Virus record (IMG/VR): IMGVR_UViG_3300020138_000006
Location: 16,880 to 80,879 of that record
Origin: a virus
Taxonomy: Duplodnaviria > Caudoviricetes
Length of the DNA stretch: 64,000 nt
Strand: one strand, 5' to 3'
A program made the position numbers and the translations under genes. The notes beneath the pieces are model-generated. The model was not told the DNA's origin. It saw only the letters and a list, made by a program, of their open reading frames with translations, and did not search any database. This document shows positions 18,735 to 27,631 of this stretch, piece after piece (position 1 is the stretch's first letter; every line of letters begins with the position of its first letter).

Positions 18735-19937
18735 ATGGCAGGACTGACCTCGCGCTTCCGGTTCAACAAGTTCGGCGGCGGTACGCCCGGGACGATCGCG
18801 GACAATGCCCAGAAGTTCACTGGCGCCGACCGCGACGCGATCGACCGCTTGCTCGCCCAGACGGAGCGCCACGACCATCATCTGCGCGCACCGAGCGCGA
18901 CGCTCGCTACGGCACCGACCGCAGAGCTCGCTTCGGACGATGGCGTCCTGGTCGGTGGGGAGACCTACTACTACCGGTTCTCTGTCGTTGGTTCCGACGG
19001 TACGGAGACGGTCGCCTCGCCGGAGGTTGCCGTCGCCACCCCGGAGCCGCTGGTCGCTCCGGGCATTCCGGAGCTCTGGGTCGACAGCGTGAGCGCCGAG
19101 GGCGATCTGGCGGGGATCTACTACTACGCCCTGACGGCACTGCGGGGGGCTGAGGAGTCGATCCTGGGCCCGCTCGGCACCATCTCGGTCGTGGCGCCGG
19201 ACGGAGCGGTGACCATCGGGCTCCCGGACTTCGGCGAGGCGGACGGTCTGCGCATCTGGCGCATGGGCATGAACGACCCGGGGTGGACTCGGGTCACCAC
19301 GATCAACGCCGACGACGGAGTGACAGAGTTCGTCGACGACGGATCCGTCCCGCCCGACCCGTGTGCGTGCGATCCGGCGAATCTGCCCCCGACGGGGTTC
19401 AACAACGGCGTCGCGGTGTACCGCATCGAGGTGACCCTCCCTGAGGATGTCGACCTCAGCACCGCGTCCGCATGGCGCCTCTACCGGTCGACGGTCTCCG
19501 GTCAGTACGCGACTGCGAGTCTCGTCCACGAGGTCGTGGAGACCCAGGACGAGTGGGACGAGGAGTCGCCCCTCATGCGGTCCTGGAGTGACGTCGGTGA
19601 CCCGCTGGTCGACGGCAGCCCCCTGGACTTCGAGGCCAACATGGCTTTCGCCCCGTACGTGTTCGACGGTGGCGCTGAGCTCCCGGACCCGAACGGCTAC
19701 CCCGAGCGGTACCCGTTCCTGCTCGGCAACGAGCTCTGCGCCCTCGTCGACGGACAGTGGGCCCTCGTGGCGGGCGGAGGCGGAGGGTCGAGCGCTGCGA
19801 TCCCGGGGCCGACCATCCTGACCAGCCCCAGTGGCGACCGGTTCGTGCTCACTGTCGACGACCTCGGCGCACTTGCCGCCACGCCGACCCTGCTTCCTGG
19901 CCCGCCGACCGCTCCGCAGAATGTGACGGTGTCCTGA
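18735..19937 (+). CDS. Minor tail protein
   Basis: ATG 18735; 400 aa with repeated YYYR/YYYA beta-sandwich segments. Confidence 0.7.
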   Translation: MAGLTSRFRFNKFGGGTPGTIADNAQKFTGADRDAIDRLLAQTERHDHHLRAPSATLATAPTAELASDDGVLVGGETYYYRFSVVGSDGTETVASPEVAVATPEPLVAPGIPELWVDSVSAEGDLAGIYYYALTALRGAEESILGPLGTISVVAPDGAVTIGLPDFGEADGLRIWRMGMNDPGWTRVTTINADDGVTEFVDDGSVPPDPCACDPANLPPTGFNNGVAVYRIEVTLPEDVDLSTASAWRLYRSTVSGQYATASLVHEVVETQDEWDEESPLMRSWSDVGDPLVDGSPLDFEANMAFAPYVFDGGAELPDPNGYPERYPFLLGNELCALVDGQWALVAGGGGGSSAAIPGPTILTSPSGDRFVLTVDDLGALAATPTLLPGPPTAPQNVTVS

Positions 19938-20749
19938 TGGCTCTGCCTGAGATCGCGTACGACGTCGACATCGCCAACATCGAGGCCGACGACGAGGACG
20001 TGCTCGCGACGTTCACCTTGGACGGGGGCGAGTGGACTGCGGCGAGCACCACGACATACCGCCTCGATGACGCCGGCCGCGCATACCTGGAGGTCGCAGA
20101 GCAGGGGCCCTTCACCTCGGTGTCTTTCGATGCGACCTACCCGGTGACGTGGGTGGTCGTCGGGACGTTCGACGTGCCGGACACCCTGTACACCTCCACC
20201 GGCCAGAACATGGCCGCCGTCTCCGGGTACATCAACGGTGTCGAGGACGGCATGGAGTGCACCTTCAACGGCGTCGCGGTGACCTCGCTCTTCGAGCGCG
20301 ACTCGAAGGCTGTTCTGATCTGGACGGCCGATGGGGACACGAACGCGGCACGCGCCTATGTCAACGGGGCGCTCGTCTCGGAGACCACCCTCAGCCCTTA
20401 CCTCGGCGCGCCGACTCCTACGGTCCTGCCGGGATACTCGAAGATCTACCGGGCCTTCGCACTGGACCACACGGTCGACCAGACGGAGGTCGACTCGCTG
20501 GTCGCCGAGCTACAGGACCTGTACTTCCTGGAGGACCGCACGGTGTCCTGGGAGGCCCCGGCCGCGACCTCCTCGCCCCTGACCGGGTACCTGGTCCGCT
20601 TCGTGGAGTCGGGTGTCGTCACCGACCACGAGGTCGCGCCGACCGAGACCGATGTGGTCGTGCGGTACGGCGGAGGGGACGCAGTGGTGGCGGTGTTCGC
20701 CAAGAGTGCGGCCGGGATCTCAGCGCCCGCAGAGACGACGCTGCCGTGA
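19937..20749 (+). CDS. Minor tail protein, LamG-like plus FN3-like domains
   Basis: AVLIWTADG...RAYVNGALV (LamG-like) and TVSWEAP...PLTGYLVRF (FN3-like). Confidence 0.65.
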   Translation: MALPEIAYDVDIANIEADDEDVLATFTLDGGEWTAASTTTYRLDDAGRAYLEVAEQGPFTSVSFDATYPVTWVVVGTFDVPDTLYTSTGQNMAAVSGYINGVEDGMECTFNGVAVTSLFERDSKAVLIWTADGDTNAARAYVNGALVSETTLSPYLGAPTPTVLPGYSKIYRAFALDHTVDQTEVDSLVAELQDLYFLEDRTVSWEAPAATSSPLTGYLVRFVESGVVTDHEVAPTETDVVVRYGGGDAVVAVFAKSAAGISAPAETTLP

Positions 20750-21963
20750 GCGTTCAGCACGTCGCCTACGGGGGAGTCCCCTGGTTCGAGCCCCCGGGTG
20801 CCGACTTCCTCCAGGTGTGGTCGCTCGTCGACTTCGGCTCCGGCTACTTCGGCGTACTTCAGGGTGTCAACGTGGGGGACGGCTCTTCGCCGCCTGCCAA
20901 ACTCACCGTCTTGCACGTCTCGGACCCTTCGACCGTGCTGGCTTCGACCGAGCTGACCGGGACCAAGCTCTTCAGCGGGGCGGCGGTCGCACTGGGCCCT
21001 GGTCGGGCCGTTCTGTGCGTTGGAAGCGGGCAGTACGAGAGCGGCCCGGGGGTCTACCTCGTCGAGTTCGACTCCCGGGCGCGGACCTTGCGGCTCTCCG
21101 AGGTCCTACAGCTCCCCGCGGTGGACAACTTCACGCCGTTCTTCGTCGAGGTGATCTTCGTGTCCGGGGCGCCTCACGTCCTCACGTGGGACGTGAGCGG
21201 TCTGCACATCGTGCGCCTCACGGTCAGCCCGACCGGGCTCCAGGCGGGGCGTTGGAACCGCGTCTCCAGCTCACTCTTCAGCGAGGGTGTCGACAACGGG
21301 GTAACCACCTTCCATGCCGTCAACCAGGAGATCCGCGCCATCTTCTATGACGGTGGAGTTTGGAGCCCGGAGGGAACCTCGCCGATCGAGGCAAGGGTTG
21401 CCCGCTTCAGGGCCGACGGCTCGGGGCTGCGCGTCTCGCGAGTCTCCACCGGTACGCAACCATCCTTCAGTGGCTTCAGGATCGGCAACCCCCACATCCA
21501 GGGCGAGACGGCACGCTTCCTGTTCGACGACTACGACGACGACGGTCTTGTCATCCGCGTCTGCGAAGTGACGAGGGATGGTGCCCGGGTCGTCGCCAGG
21601 CTCCGCGACTCCGTCCCTCGGGTGCCGGTCGAGAACCCTGGTGGCGACTACTGGCGACGCTCCAGCGCGGTGCGCGGGCACAGTGCGAACGCCGTCCCCA
21701 TGCTGCCGGTCACCTTCAGCGGTGGAGACGCCGCCCCTGATGGTTTTGAGTGCATCGGCCTCTATAGCCAGCCGGGCATGTCACGCGCGGACCACAACCT
21801 CGCCAGCCTCGGCATGGCATCGTTGAGCGGGGGGTACATCGTCGAGATCACGAACTTGCTGACGGTCGGCGACCCTGGCGACCTGATGATGCATACGTGG
21901 CGGGTCACCCCGGACTACAACCTCACGGCGGGTGAGGTGCGGACCAAGGGCTACTTCTCGTGA
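20746..21963 (+). CDS. Putative receptor-binding/tail-tip protein
   Basis: GTG 20746; 405 aa, beta-strand-rich; last large gene of the tail module. Confidence 0.55.
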   Translation: MSVQHVAYGGVPWFEPPGADFLQVWSLVDFGSGYFGVLQGVNVGDGSSPPAKLTVLHVSDPSTVLASTELTGTKLFSGAAVALGPGRAVLCVGSGQYESGPGVYLVEFDSRARTLRLSEVLQLPAVDNFTPFFVEVIFVSGAPHVLTWDVSGLHIVRLTVSPTGLQAGRWNRVSSSLFSEGVDNGVTTFHAVNQEIRAIFYDGGVWSPEGTSPIEARVARFRADGSGLRVSRVSTGTQPSFSGFRIGNPHIQGETARFLFDDYDDDGLVIRVCEVTRDGARVVARLRDSVPRVPVENPGGDYWRRSSAVRGHSANAVPMLPVTFSGGDAAPDGFECIGLYSQPGMSRADHNLASLGMASLSGGYIVEITNLLTVGDPGDLMMHTWRVTPDYNLTAGEVRTKGYFS

Positions 21964-22226
21964 TCGAGGTGCGCCCGTTCGAGGGCGGTGGCTACCTCGT
22001 CAAGACCGAGGGTGGGGTGCATCTCGTGGTGCGTCCGCTCTCGCGTCTCTTTCGGCTCGTCGAGGTGCCGGAGACCAACATGCGGGACTGCTGGCGGTAC
22101 TGGTGCTTCCCAAGCTTCGCTGCAGCGGTTCTTGCGGCTGACGTCTGGACGCCGTCCCCGGACTCTGAGCCTGTCGGGTGGAGTCGTAGTGGCGGGGCCC
22201 GTCAGGCGTACGACTTGGACGAGTAG
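21960..22226 (+). CDS. Hypothetical protein
   Basis: 88 aa, GTGA overlap; W/C-rich (RDCWRYWCF). Confidence 0.65.
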   Translation: MIEVRPFEGGGYLVKTEGGVHLVVRPLSRLFRLVEVPETNMRDCWRYWCFPSFAAAVLAADVWTPSPDSEPVGWSRSGGARQAYDLDE

Positions 22227-22462
22227 TCCATCTCGATGGGGGCCCCGCTCTTCGCGGGGATGTGAATCGTCAGCGTCCCGGCGACACCCTCTTCGGCAAG
22301 AGCGCTGACGGCGACCTGCAGGTTGAACAAGCTCGCGGGCCGTACCCGGTCCATCTGCTCCGACGACCCGAGCAGTGCGAGGTACTTGCGCGCTCGCTCA
22401 CCCGCTCGATCACCTGCCGCCTGGTTGCCGATCGTCTTGTCTCGATTCGTTGCCGAGTTCAC
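22202..22462 (-). CDS. Small leftward protein next to tandem operators (candidate regulator)
   Basis: Probable GTG 22462 with AAGGGA RBS; the ORF extends to 22528; no known domain recognised. Confidence 0.5.
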   Translation of the reverse strand: MNSATNRDKTIGNQAAGDRAGERARKYLALLGSSEQMDRVRPASLFNLQVAVSALAEEGVAGTLTIHIPAKSGAPIEMDYSSKSYA

Positions 22463-22559
22463 AACGCATCCCTTCGATCCTCTGCGCGTCCGTCCGTGGA
22501 GTCTGCCCGAGCCGGACGCGGACTCCAAGCCTGTCGGCCGAGAGGGTCGATCTGATCGT

Positions 22560-22604
22560 TTTCCGCGCTAGGGGAGATCACTGCGATTTGCGCTAGCGCG
22601 GAAA
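22560..22604. promoter_or_regulatory. Tandem pair of palindromic operators in a divergent region
   Basis: TTTCCGCGCTAGGGGAGATC (15/20) and GATTTGCGCTAGCGCGGAAA (16/20), centres 25 bp apart. Confidence 0.7.
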
Positions 22605-22865
22605 AAGTCAGGACTTGCGCCGCTGTCAGTGGTCGCGGCTAGTGTCCTCGGCACAGCGACATCACGACCCGAGAAGCGGGTCAGGCATCCGCCGGGGGAT
22701 CCGGGGAGCTCGCCACCGAAGCAACGGCTGAGGGCGGCACTGAACCAGACGTAAAGCGCGTCGGTTCGGTGCCGCCCTTGTTGCGTTTCAAGGGAGAACG
22801 ACTTGTCCGTCCACACCAGTCCTCGAACCCTCCGCCAGAAGGTCACAGACGGGGCCCGCCAGCGC

Positions 22866-23033
22866 ATGGCCACTTCCATCGCACGTGTCACCGTGCAGCG
22901 TGGTCAGGAGCTGCTCGCTCAGCTCCCGCCCGCCCAGGTCGCGGAGTACCTGCAGACCCAGGACGCACGCATCCGTCGACTCGTCGGCGAGTACGGCTTC
23001 GACGGCCGCAGCGTCACGGCGGTGTCGCGATGA
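22866..23033 (+). CDS. Small putative HTH protein (Cro/Xis-like)
   Basis: 55 aa; LPPAQVAEYLQTQDARIRRLV resembles HTH_17/MerR-type helices. Confidence 0.45.
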   Translation: MATSIARVTVQRGQELLAQLPPAQVAEYLQTQDARIRRLVGEYGFDGRSVTAVSR

Positions 23034-23632
23034 GCTGTCCCGAAAACGTCGCCTGGGTGCGCAACGAGGACCTCTCGCTGGTCGCGCTCGTCTCTGCCCT
23101 CATCACGTCGCGGGGCGACGCTCTGTCGAGCCCCACCGTCGAGCACGACAAGCACTACGCCAGGGTCAGCGTCGGCCTGGCTCACCTCATTCAGGAGTCT
23201 TACGGCGTCGCCCCTCTGATGCTCGCCTTGGGCCGCGAGGCGGCGGAGGCGCTGAAGCTGCTGGACGGCGAACTGAAGTTCAGCGATGCCGTGCTGTTCC
23301 AGGAGGAGGGTGTCTGGACCTGGCGCTACATCGGCGACGTCGACGACGAGGGCGCCGTCGGCCAGTTCCGCAAGGCCTTGCGCCTCATCGTCCAGGCGAC
23401 CACGTTCAGCGAGGTCCTGCACCTGCACCCTTCTGAGGCCCCTGCCGAGGATCGTGCACTCGTCACGGCGTGGATCAACGAGGTCTGCTCGGTCGAGTAC
23501 CCGTGCAGCCTGGCCGGCCAGATGGCGGCGATCGTCGCCGGGCTCCACGGCCACCTCTACCAGCGCATCGCGCACGCCAGCGAACTGTCCAAGGCGGCTC
23601 AGGACGCCATGGACGAAGGCGGGCAGCCGTGA
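23030..23632 (+). CDS. Hypothetical protein
   Basis: ATG 23030, 200 aa, coupled on both sides. Confidence 0.7.
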   Translation: MSCPENVAWVRNEDLSLVALVSALITSRGDALSSPTVEHDKHYARVSVGLAHLIQESYGVAPLMLALGREAAEALKLLDGELKFSDAVLFQEEGVWTWRYIGDVDDEGAVGQFRKALRLIVQATTFSEVLHLHPSEAPAEDRALVTAWINEVCSVEYPCSLAGQMAAIVAGLHGHLYQRIAHASELSKAAQDAMDEGGQP

Positions 23633-24852
23633 AGCTCTGGGGCCGCAAGGCGGCCACCCACACGACCCAGCCCATCGGCTTCGACGCGATCGACCTGTTC
23701 GCAGGCGTCGGATGGGACGCTGCCGCGCGCGAGCTCGGCATGAACGTCCTCGGTTTCGATCTCGACAAGGACGTCGTCAAGCTCCGCCGTGCAGAGTCCA
23801 TGCCGACCGTCAAGGTCAACCTCTGGGAGTTCCTCCCCAGTGACCTCGTTCTGCCGTTCCGTGGCCTCATCGCCTCGCCGTCGTGCAAGAAGTATTCGGT
23901 CGCGGGCAAGAAGGAAGCCCACCCGGAGCTCGTCCGCATCCTGGCGGCCGTCCCACTCGTCGCCGCGGGAAAGCCGGTGCAGGATGTCCTGAAGGGCATG
24001 GACCCCGAGGCGGCCCTCGTGCTCGCGCCCCTGGCATGGGCTGTCCACCATCGCCCCGAGTGGATCGCGCTGGAGCAGGTCAAGGAGGTCCTCCCCGTGT
24101 GGGAGGCCATCGCCGACGCGCTGCGCGCACGCGGCTACTCGGTCGACACCGGCTTGCTGTCCGCCGAGCAGTACGGCTCGGGTCAGCAGCGAGTGCGCGC
24201 CGTCCTGGTGGCGAACCGCACGACCGAGGTCACGCTGCCCAAGCCGACGCACTCGACCTACTACAACCGCAACCCGCAGAAGCGGGATCCGGGCGTCAAG
24301 GACTTCGTCACGATGGCAGAGGTCCTGGGATGGGACCCGCGCGACCGCGTGGGGTTCGCCCGACGTGCCGACCGAGCCGACTCCGTCGAGATCGATGGCG
24401 CCTTGTACCGCGCCCGAGACCTTCGAGAGGCGGGTCTCCCGGCACAGACGGTGACGGAGAAGGCCCGATCGTGGCAGCGGTTCGTGGCGGGTGACAACAC
24501 GGTCGAGCCGCAGGAGGCCCTGAACCCGCCGAAGGACTCGGACAACGAGCGTCCGGAGTGGCCGTACGTACGTCCGGCCACGACCGTCGTCGCCTCGTTC
24601 CGGCCTGACGTCATCGCGGCGCCGGGCTACCGCAAGCCGGGTGACGGCCCCCGCCAGAACGCACCCGGTTCGGTGCGCGTCACCGTGCAGGAGACGGCCA
24701 GGCTCCAGTCCTTCCCGGACGACATCGACTGGTCGGTCCTGTCCAAGACGGCCGCTCACAAGCTCATCGGCAACGCCGTCGACGGCTGCGTTGCGCGCGC
24801 AGTCCTGCTGTCTGCGCAGGGCATCGATCACACCCAGGAGGACCAGGCATGA
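23629..24852 (+). CDS. DNA cytosine-5 methyltransferase (orphan)
   Basis: Motif I DLFAGVG, IV SPSC, VI LEQV, VIII QQRVR, IX RLQSFPD, X IGNAV. Confidence 0.9.
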   Translation: MKLWGRKAATHTTQPIGFDAIDLFAGVGWDAAARELGMNVLGFDLDKDVVKLRRAESMPTVKVNLWEFLPSDLVLPFRGLIASPSCKKYSVAGKKEAHPELVRILAAVPLVAAGKPVQDVLKGMDPEAALVLAPLAWAVHHRPEWIALEQVKEVLPVWEAIADALRARGYSVDTGLLSAEQYGSGQQRVRAVLVANRTTEVTLPKPTHSTYYNRNPQKRDPGVKDFVTMAEVLGWDPRDRVGFARRADRADSVEIDGALYRARDLREAGLPAQTVTEKARSWQRFVAGDNTVEPQEALNPPKDSDNERPEWPYVRPATTVVASFRPDVIAAPGYRKPGDGPRQNAPGSVRVTVQETARLQSFPDDIDWSVLSKTAAHKLIGNAVDGCVARAVLLSAQGIDHTQEDQA

Positions 24853-25817
24853 ACGTGAAGTACCTCGCCCCCGCACTGGCCCTGGCCGGTGTACTCGTCG
24901 CCACCCCGGCGTTCGCCGGAGGGTCGGACGGTCCCACCCCGTACGACGTCGGCCGCTCGGGCCTCACGTTCCCGCAGCCGCTGAAGGCGCACGGCCACAT
25001 CAACGTGCGCACCGACGACGGCGTGACCCACGGCCTGCACATGGACCCGAACAACGGGCACCCTGGCGGTTCGTGGGTCGGTGAGACGTTCATCCCGTGG
25101 TCGGCGTTCGGCATCACCGAAGGCTGCATCGTGTGGGTGCAGTGGAGCGGTGCGAACGAGCACTTCGGTGAGGGTGGCCAGAAGCCGGTCTGCCTGAAGA
25201 AGTCGCACCACACCAAGAAGCCGCACCACACCAAGGAGCCCGAGCCGTGCCCCACGACGGAGCCCACGACGGAGCCCACGACGGAGCCCACGACGGAGCC
25301 CACGACGGAGCCCACGACGGAGCCGACCGAGGAGCCGACCGAGGAGCCGACCGAGGAGCCGACCGAGGAGCCGACCGAGGAGCCGACCGAGGAGCCGACG
25401 CAGAGCCCCGAGCCGGAGCCCACGGTCAGCCCGACTCCGGGGCCGACGGCCGAACCCAGCCCCGAGCCGACCGTGGCGCCCGAGCCCGAGCCGACCGTCG
25501 GGCCAACCGAGGAGCCCACCGGGGTTCCTACGCAGAGCCCGGAGCCGACCACGAAGCCGACGCCGCAGAACTCTCCCGCGCCCGCTCCCGAGCCCGATGG
25601 CGCCTCTACGGCAGCCCCAGTCCCCGCATCATCGCCATCGACGACTTCGACCCAGACGCCTTCCTCGGTGAAGCCGGTGACGAAGGCCGCGCGGGTCGGG
25701 ACGGTCGCTGAGCTCGCCGAGACCGGCAACGACACGCTCGGCAACATCCTCGTCGGGATCTTCCTGCTGGGCTCCGGGGCCTTCCTCTACCTCGCAGCGA
25801 AGGTGGGGAAGCGTTGA
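24849..25817 (+). CDS. Secreted LAXTG (sortase)-anchored surface protein with Pro/Thr/Glu stalk
   Basis: Signal peptide ending AFA; PTTE/PTEE stalk; C-terminal LAETG + hydrophobic helix + KVGKR. Confidence 0.85.
   Translation: MNVKYLAPALALAGVLVATPAFAGGSDGPTPYDVGRSGLTFPQPLKAHGHINVRTDDGVTHGLHMDPNNGHPGGSWVGETFIPWSAFGITEGCIVWVQWSGANEHFGEGGQKPVCLKKSHHTKKPHHTKEPEPCPTTEPTTEPTTEPTTEPTTEPTTEPTEEPTEEPTEEPTEEPTEEPTEEPTQSPEPEPTVSPTPGPTAEPSPEPTVAPEPEPTVGPTEEPTGVPTQSPEPTTKPTPQNSPAPAPEPDGASTAAPVPASSPSTTSTQTPSSVKPVTKAARVGTVAELAETGNDTLGNILVGIFLLGSGAFLYLAAKVGKR
25251..25394 (+). repeat. 12-bp tandem repeats (CCCACGACGGAG x6, CCGACCGAGGAG x6)
   Basis: Read directly; encode PTTE x6 then PTEE x6. Confidence 0.95.
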
Positions 25818-26116
25818 TGGCTCTGAAGATCAACGTCGCGCTGGATCGTCGGAGCGCCGAGCTCGTCGCCCTCGGTCGGGCCGTGGCCCTCATGGCCGAC
25901 GTCCACCTCCCGAAGGCCACGGCGCGTTCGGTTCTGGAGATGGCCCGCGCTACCCGGCACGCCCTGGAGGCCGGCGAGTACGACTACGCGGTAGACATCC
26001 TGGCAGAGCTTTACCGACGCCTGGAGGACGAGGACACCGCGTCGTCGAACCTCGTCAAGGCGAAGGCGTCGGCCCTCGTCGTCGACATCAACAAGTGGCA
26101 GCGGGTGTCGTCGTGA
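25817..26116 (+). CDS. Hypothetical protein
   Basis: 99 aa helical, coupled. Confidence 0.7.
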   Translation: MALKINVALDRRSAELVALGRAVALMADVHLPKATARSVLEMARATRHALEAGEYDYAVDILAELYRRLEDEDTASSNLVKAKASALVVDINKWQRVSS

Positions 26117-26442
26117 GCGGGGAGGTCTGGGACGAGTACGGCGCCCGGTGGGGCGAGGTCATCGAGACCGCCTCCGGATCGCTGATCGTGCACAAGGCGG
26201 AAAGCTGCAAGCTCTTCGACTTCGCATGCTGTGTCCACAATCCCTCTGACCACCCGCTCGCGACGGCGCAGCTCAACTGGCGCAGCGACCGTGACCTCAT
26301 GGAGCGGATCTGCTCGCACGGCATCGGGCACCCAGACCCGGATGACATCGCGTTCCGGCGGTGGGTGCTTGCCAAGCCGGCCGAGTGGGTATCGGCGCAG
26401 GCCGTGCATGGCTGTGACGGCTGCTGCAGGGGCGCGCGATGA
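26113..26442 (+). CDS. Cys/His-rich metal-binding protein
   Basis: CCVHNPSDH...ERICSHGIGHPDPD...HGCDGCC, a pattern I recall from actinobacteriophage proteins. Confidence 0.75.
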   Translation: MSGEVWDEYGARWGEVIETASGSLIVHKAESCKLFDFACCVHNPSDHPLATAQLNWRSDRDLMERICSHGIGHPDPDDIAFRRWVLAKPAEWVSAQAVHGCDGCCRGAR

Positions 26443-27362
26443 GGATCCGCCAGTCCGACCTCGCCTCGTTCCAGCGCTGCGCCCAGCAGGTCAAGCTGAA
26501 GGAGCAGGCGAAGGAGCAGGGGTGGCACGAGCCGATCCTTTCCGCGACGGCCGCCGGAACGGTCATGCACTACGCCTTCCAGACTCTGCAGAAGCTCCAT
26601 CACGAGGGCCGAGAGGACGCACTCGATGTCGCTATCGCGACTCTCCAGCGTTACTGGGACCCGAGCAACATCTCGATGATCTCCGAGGGCCCGGTCGACG
26701 TCTGGATCGCGAACGACACCTACCACGGGATGCTTCGTCGACACACGGAGAACCTGAAGGCCGCTGATGCCTGGATCCGCAGGGACAAGTCGATCCTGCT
26801 TTCGATCGAGCACACCTTCGACGTGCCGATTGTGATCGACGGCGAGGAGCACACCCTTCACGGAACTGTCGACCGTCTCTGCTTGCGCATGATCTCGGGC
26901 AGGCCGGTCCTCGGGGTCGATGACCTGAAAACCTGGCGGAAGAAGCACTACTACCTGGACTCCAACACTCAGGCGACCGTGTACTCGTACGCCTCGTTGC
27001 AGCCCGAGTTCTGGAACTCCTTCTACGAGGACGAGACCGTCCTGGAGTCGTTCCATGAGGTGGTCGAGCGGCTTTCCGCCCGGGGTCTCCAGCTCTACCA
27101 GGGCCTCAGGAAGGACCTGACGGTCATTCCCCGTAGGGCGCGGTTCCTGCGGGCGTGGGACGGCTTCGAGGTCAACGACGCGGGGTGGCGCGAAGAGCCT
27201 CACTTCGCACGGATGCGGGCACAGCTGCGCGAGTACATCGCCGCCCGTCGTGCGGGCGTCTACCCGCTGACGGTGGACGGGTCCATCTGCCGTTTCTGCC
27301 CGTTCAACCTTGGCATCTGCGGCGACGTACCCGGCCCGCAGCGCCAGGAGGGCATCGCATGA
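26439..27362 (+). CDS. Cas4/RecB-like PD-(D/E)XK exonuclease
   Basis: N-terminal SDLASFQRC, GTVMH, HGTVDRL, DDLKT, QATVY, C-terminal CRFCPF..GIC. Confidence 0.85.
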   Translation: MRIRQSDLASFQRCAQQVKLKEQAKEQGWHEPILSATAAGTVMHYAFQTLQKLHHEGREDALDVAIATLQRYWDPSNISMISEGPVDVWIANDTYHGMLRRHTENLKAADAWIRRDKSILLSIEHTFDVPIVIDGEEHTLHGTVDRLCLRMISGRPVLGVDDLKTWRKKHYYLDSNTQATVYSYASLQPEFWNSFYEDETVLESFHEVVERLSARGLQLYQGLRKDLTVIPRRARFLRAWDGFEVNDAGWREEPHFARMRAQLREYIAARRAGVYPLTVDGSICRFCPFNLGICGDVPGPQRQEGIA

Positions 27363-27631
27363 ACGACCAGATCGCGGCGCGCACCGGTGGCCTGAATGTC
27401 ACCTATGCCGAGTTCGAGGAGGCTCTGTGGCGCCGCCACTACGCCTCACGGTCCATCTCGGTCGGCGAGCGCGAGGCCCGCATCCAGGAGCTCATCGCCG
27501 CATACCTAGCCGAGGGCGAGCTCGAAGACGCTCTGCAGGCGCTCGCGGTCGAACTGGTCCTCTACCGCAACGACATGCTCACGACACCTATCGCATTCGA
27601 TCTGACCGAGAAGAACCCGGAGAAGGACTGA
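27359..27631 (+). CDS. Hypothetical protein
   Basis: ATG 27359, 90 aa, coupled. Confidence 0.7.
   Translation: MNDQIAARTGGLNVTYAEFEEALWRRHYASRSISVGEREARIQELIAAYLAEGELEDALQALAVELVLYRNDMLTTPIAFDLTEKNPEKD

Noticed and set aside
26439-27362. Cas4-like gene as evidence of CRISPR or anti-CRISPR function
   Set aside because: Stand-alone Cas4/RecB nucleases next to Sak4 and SSB are ordinary phage recombination genes.
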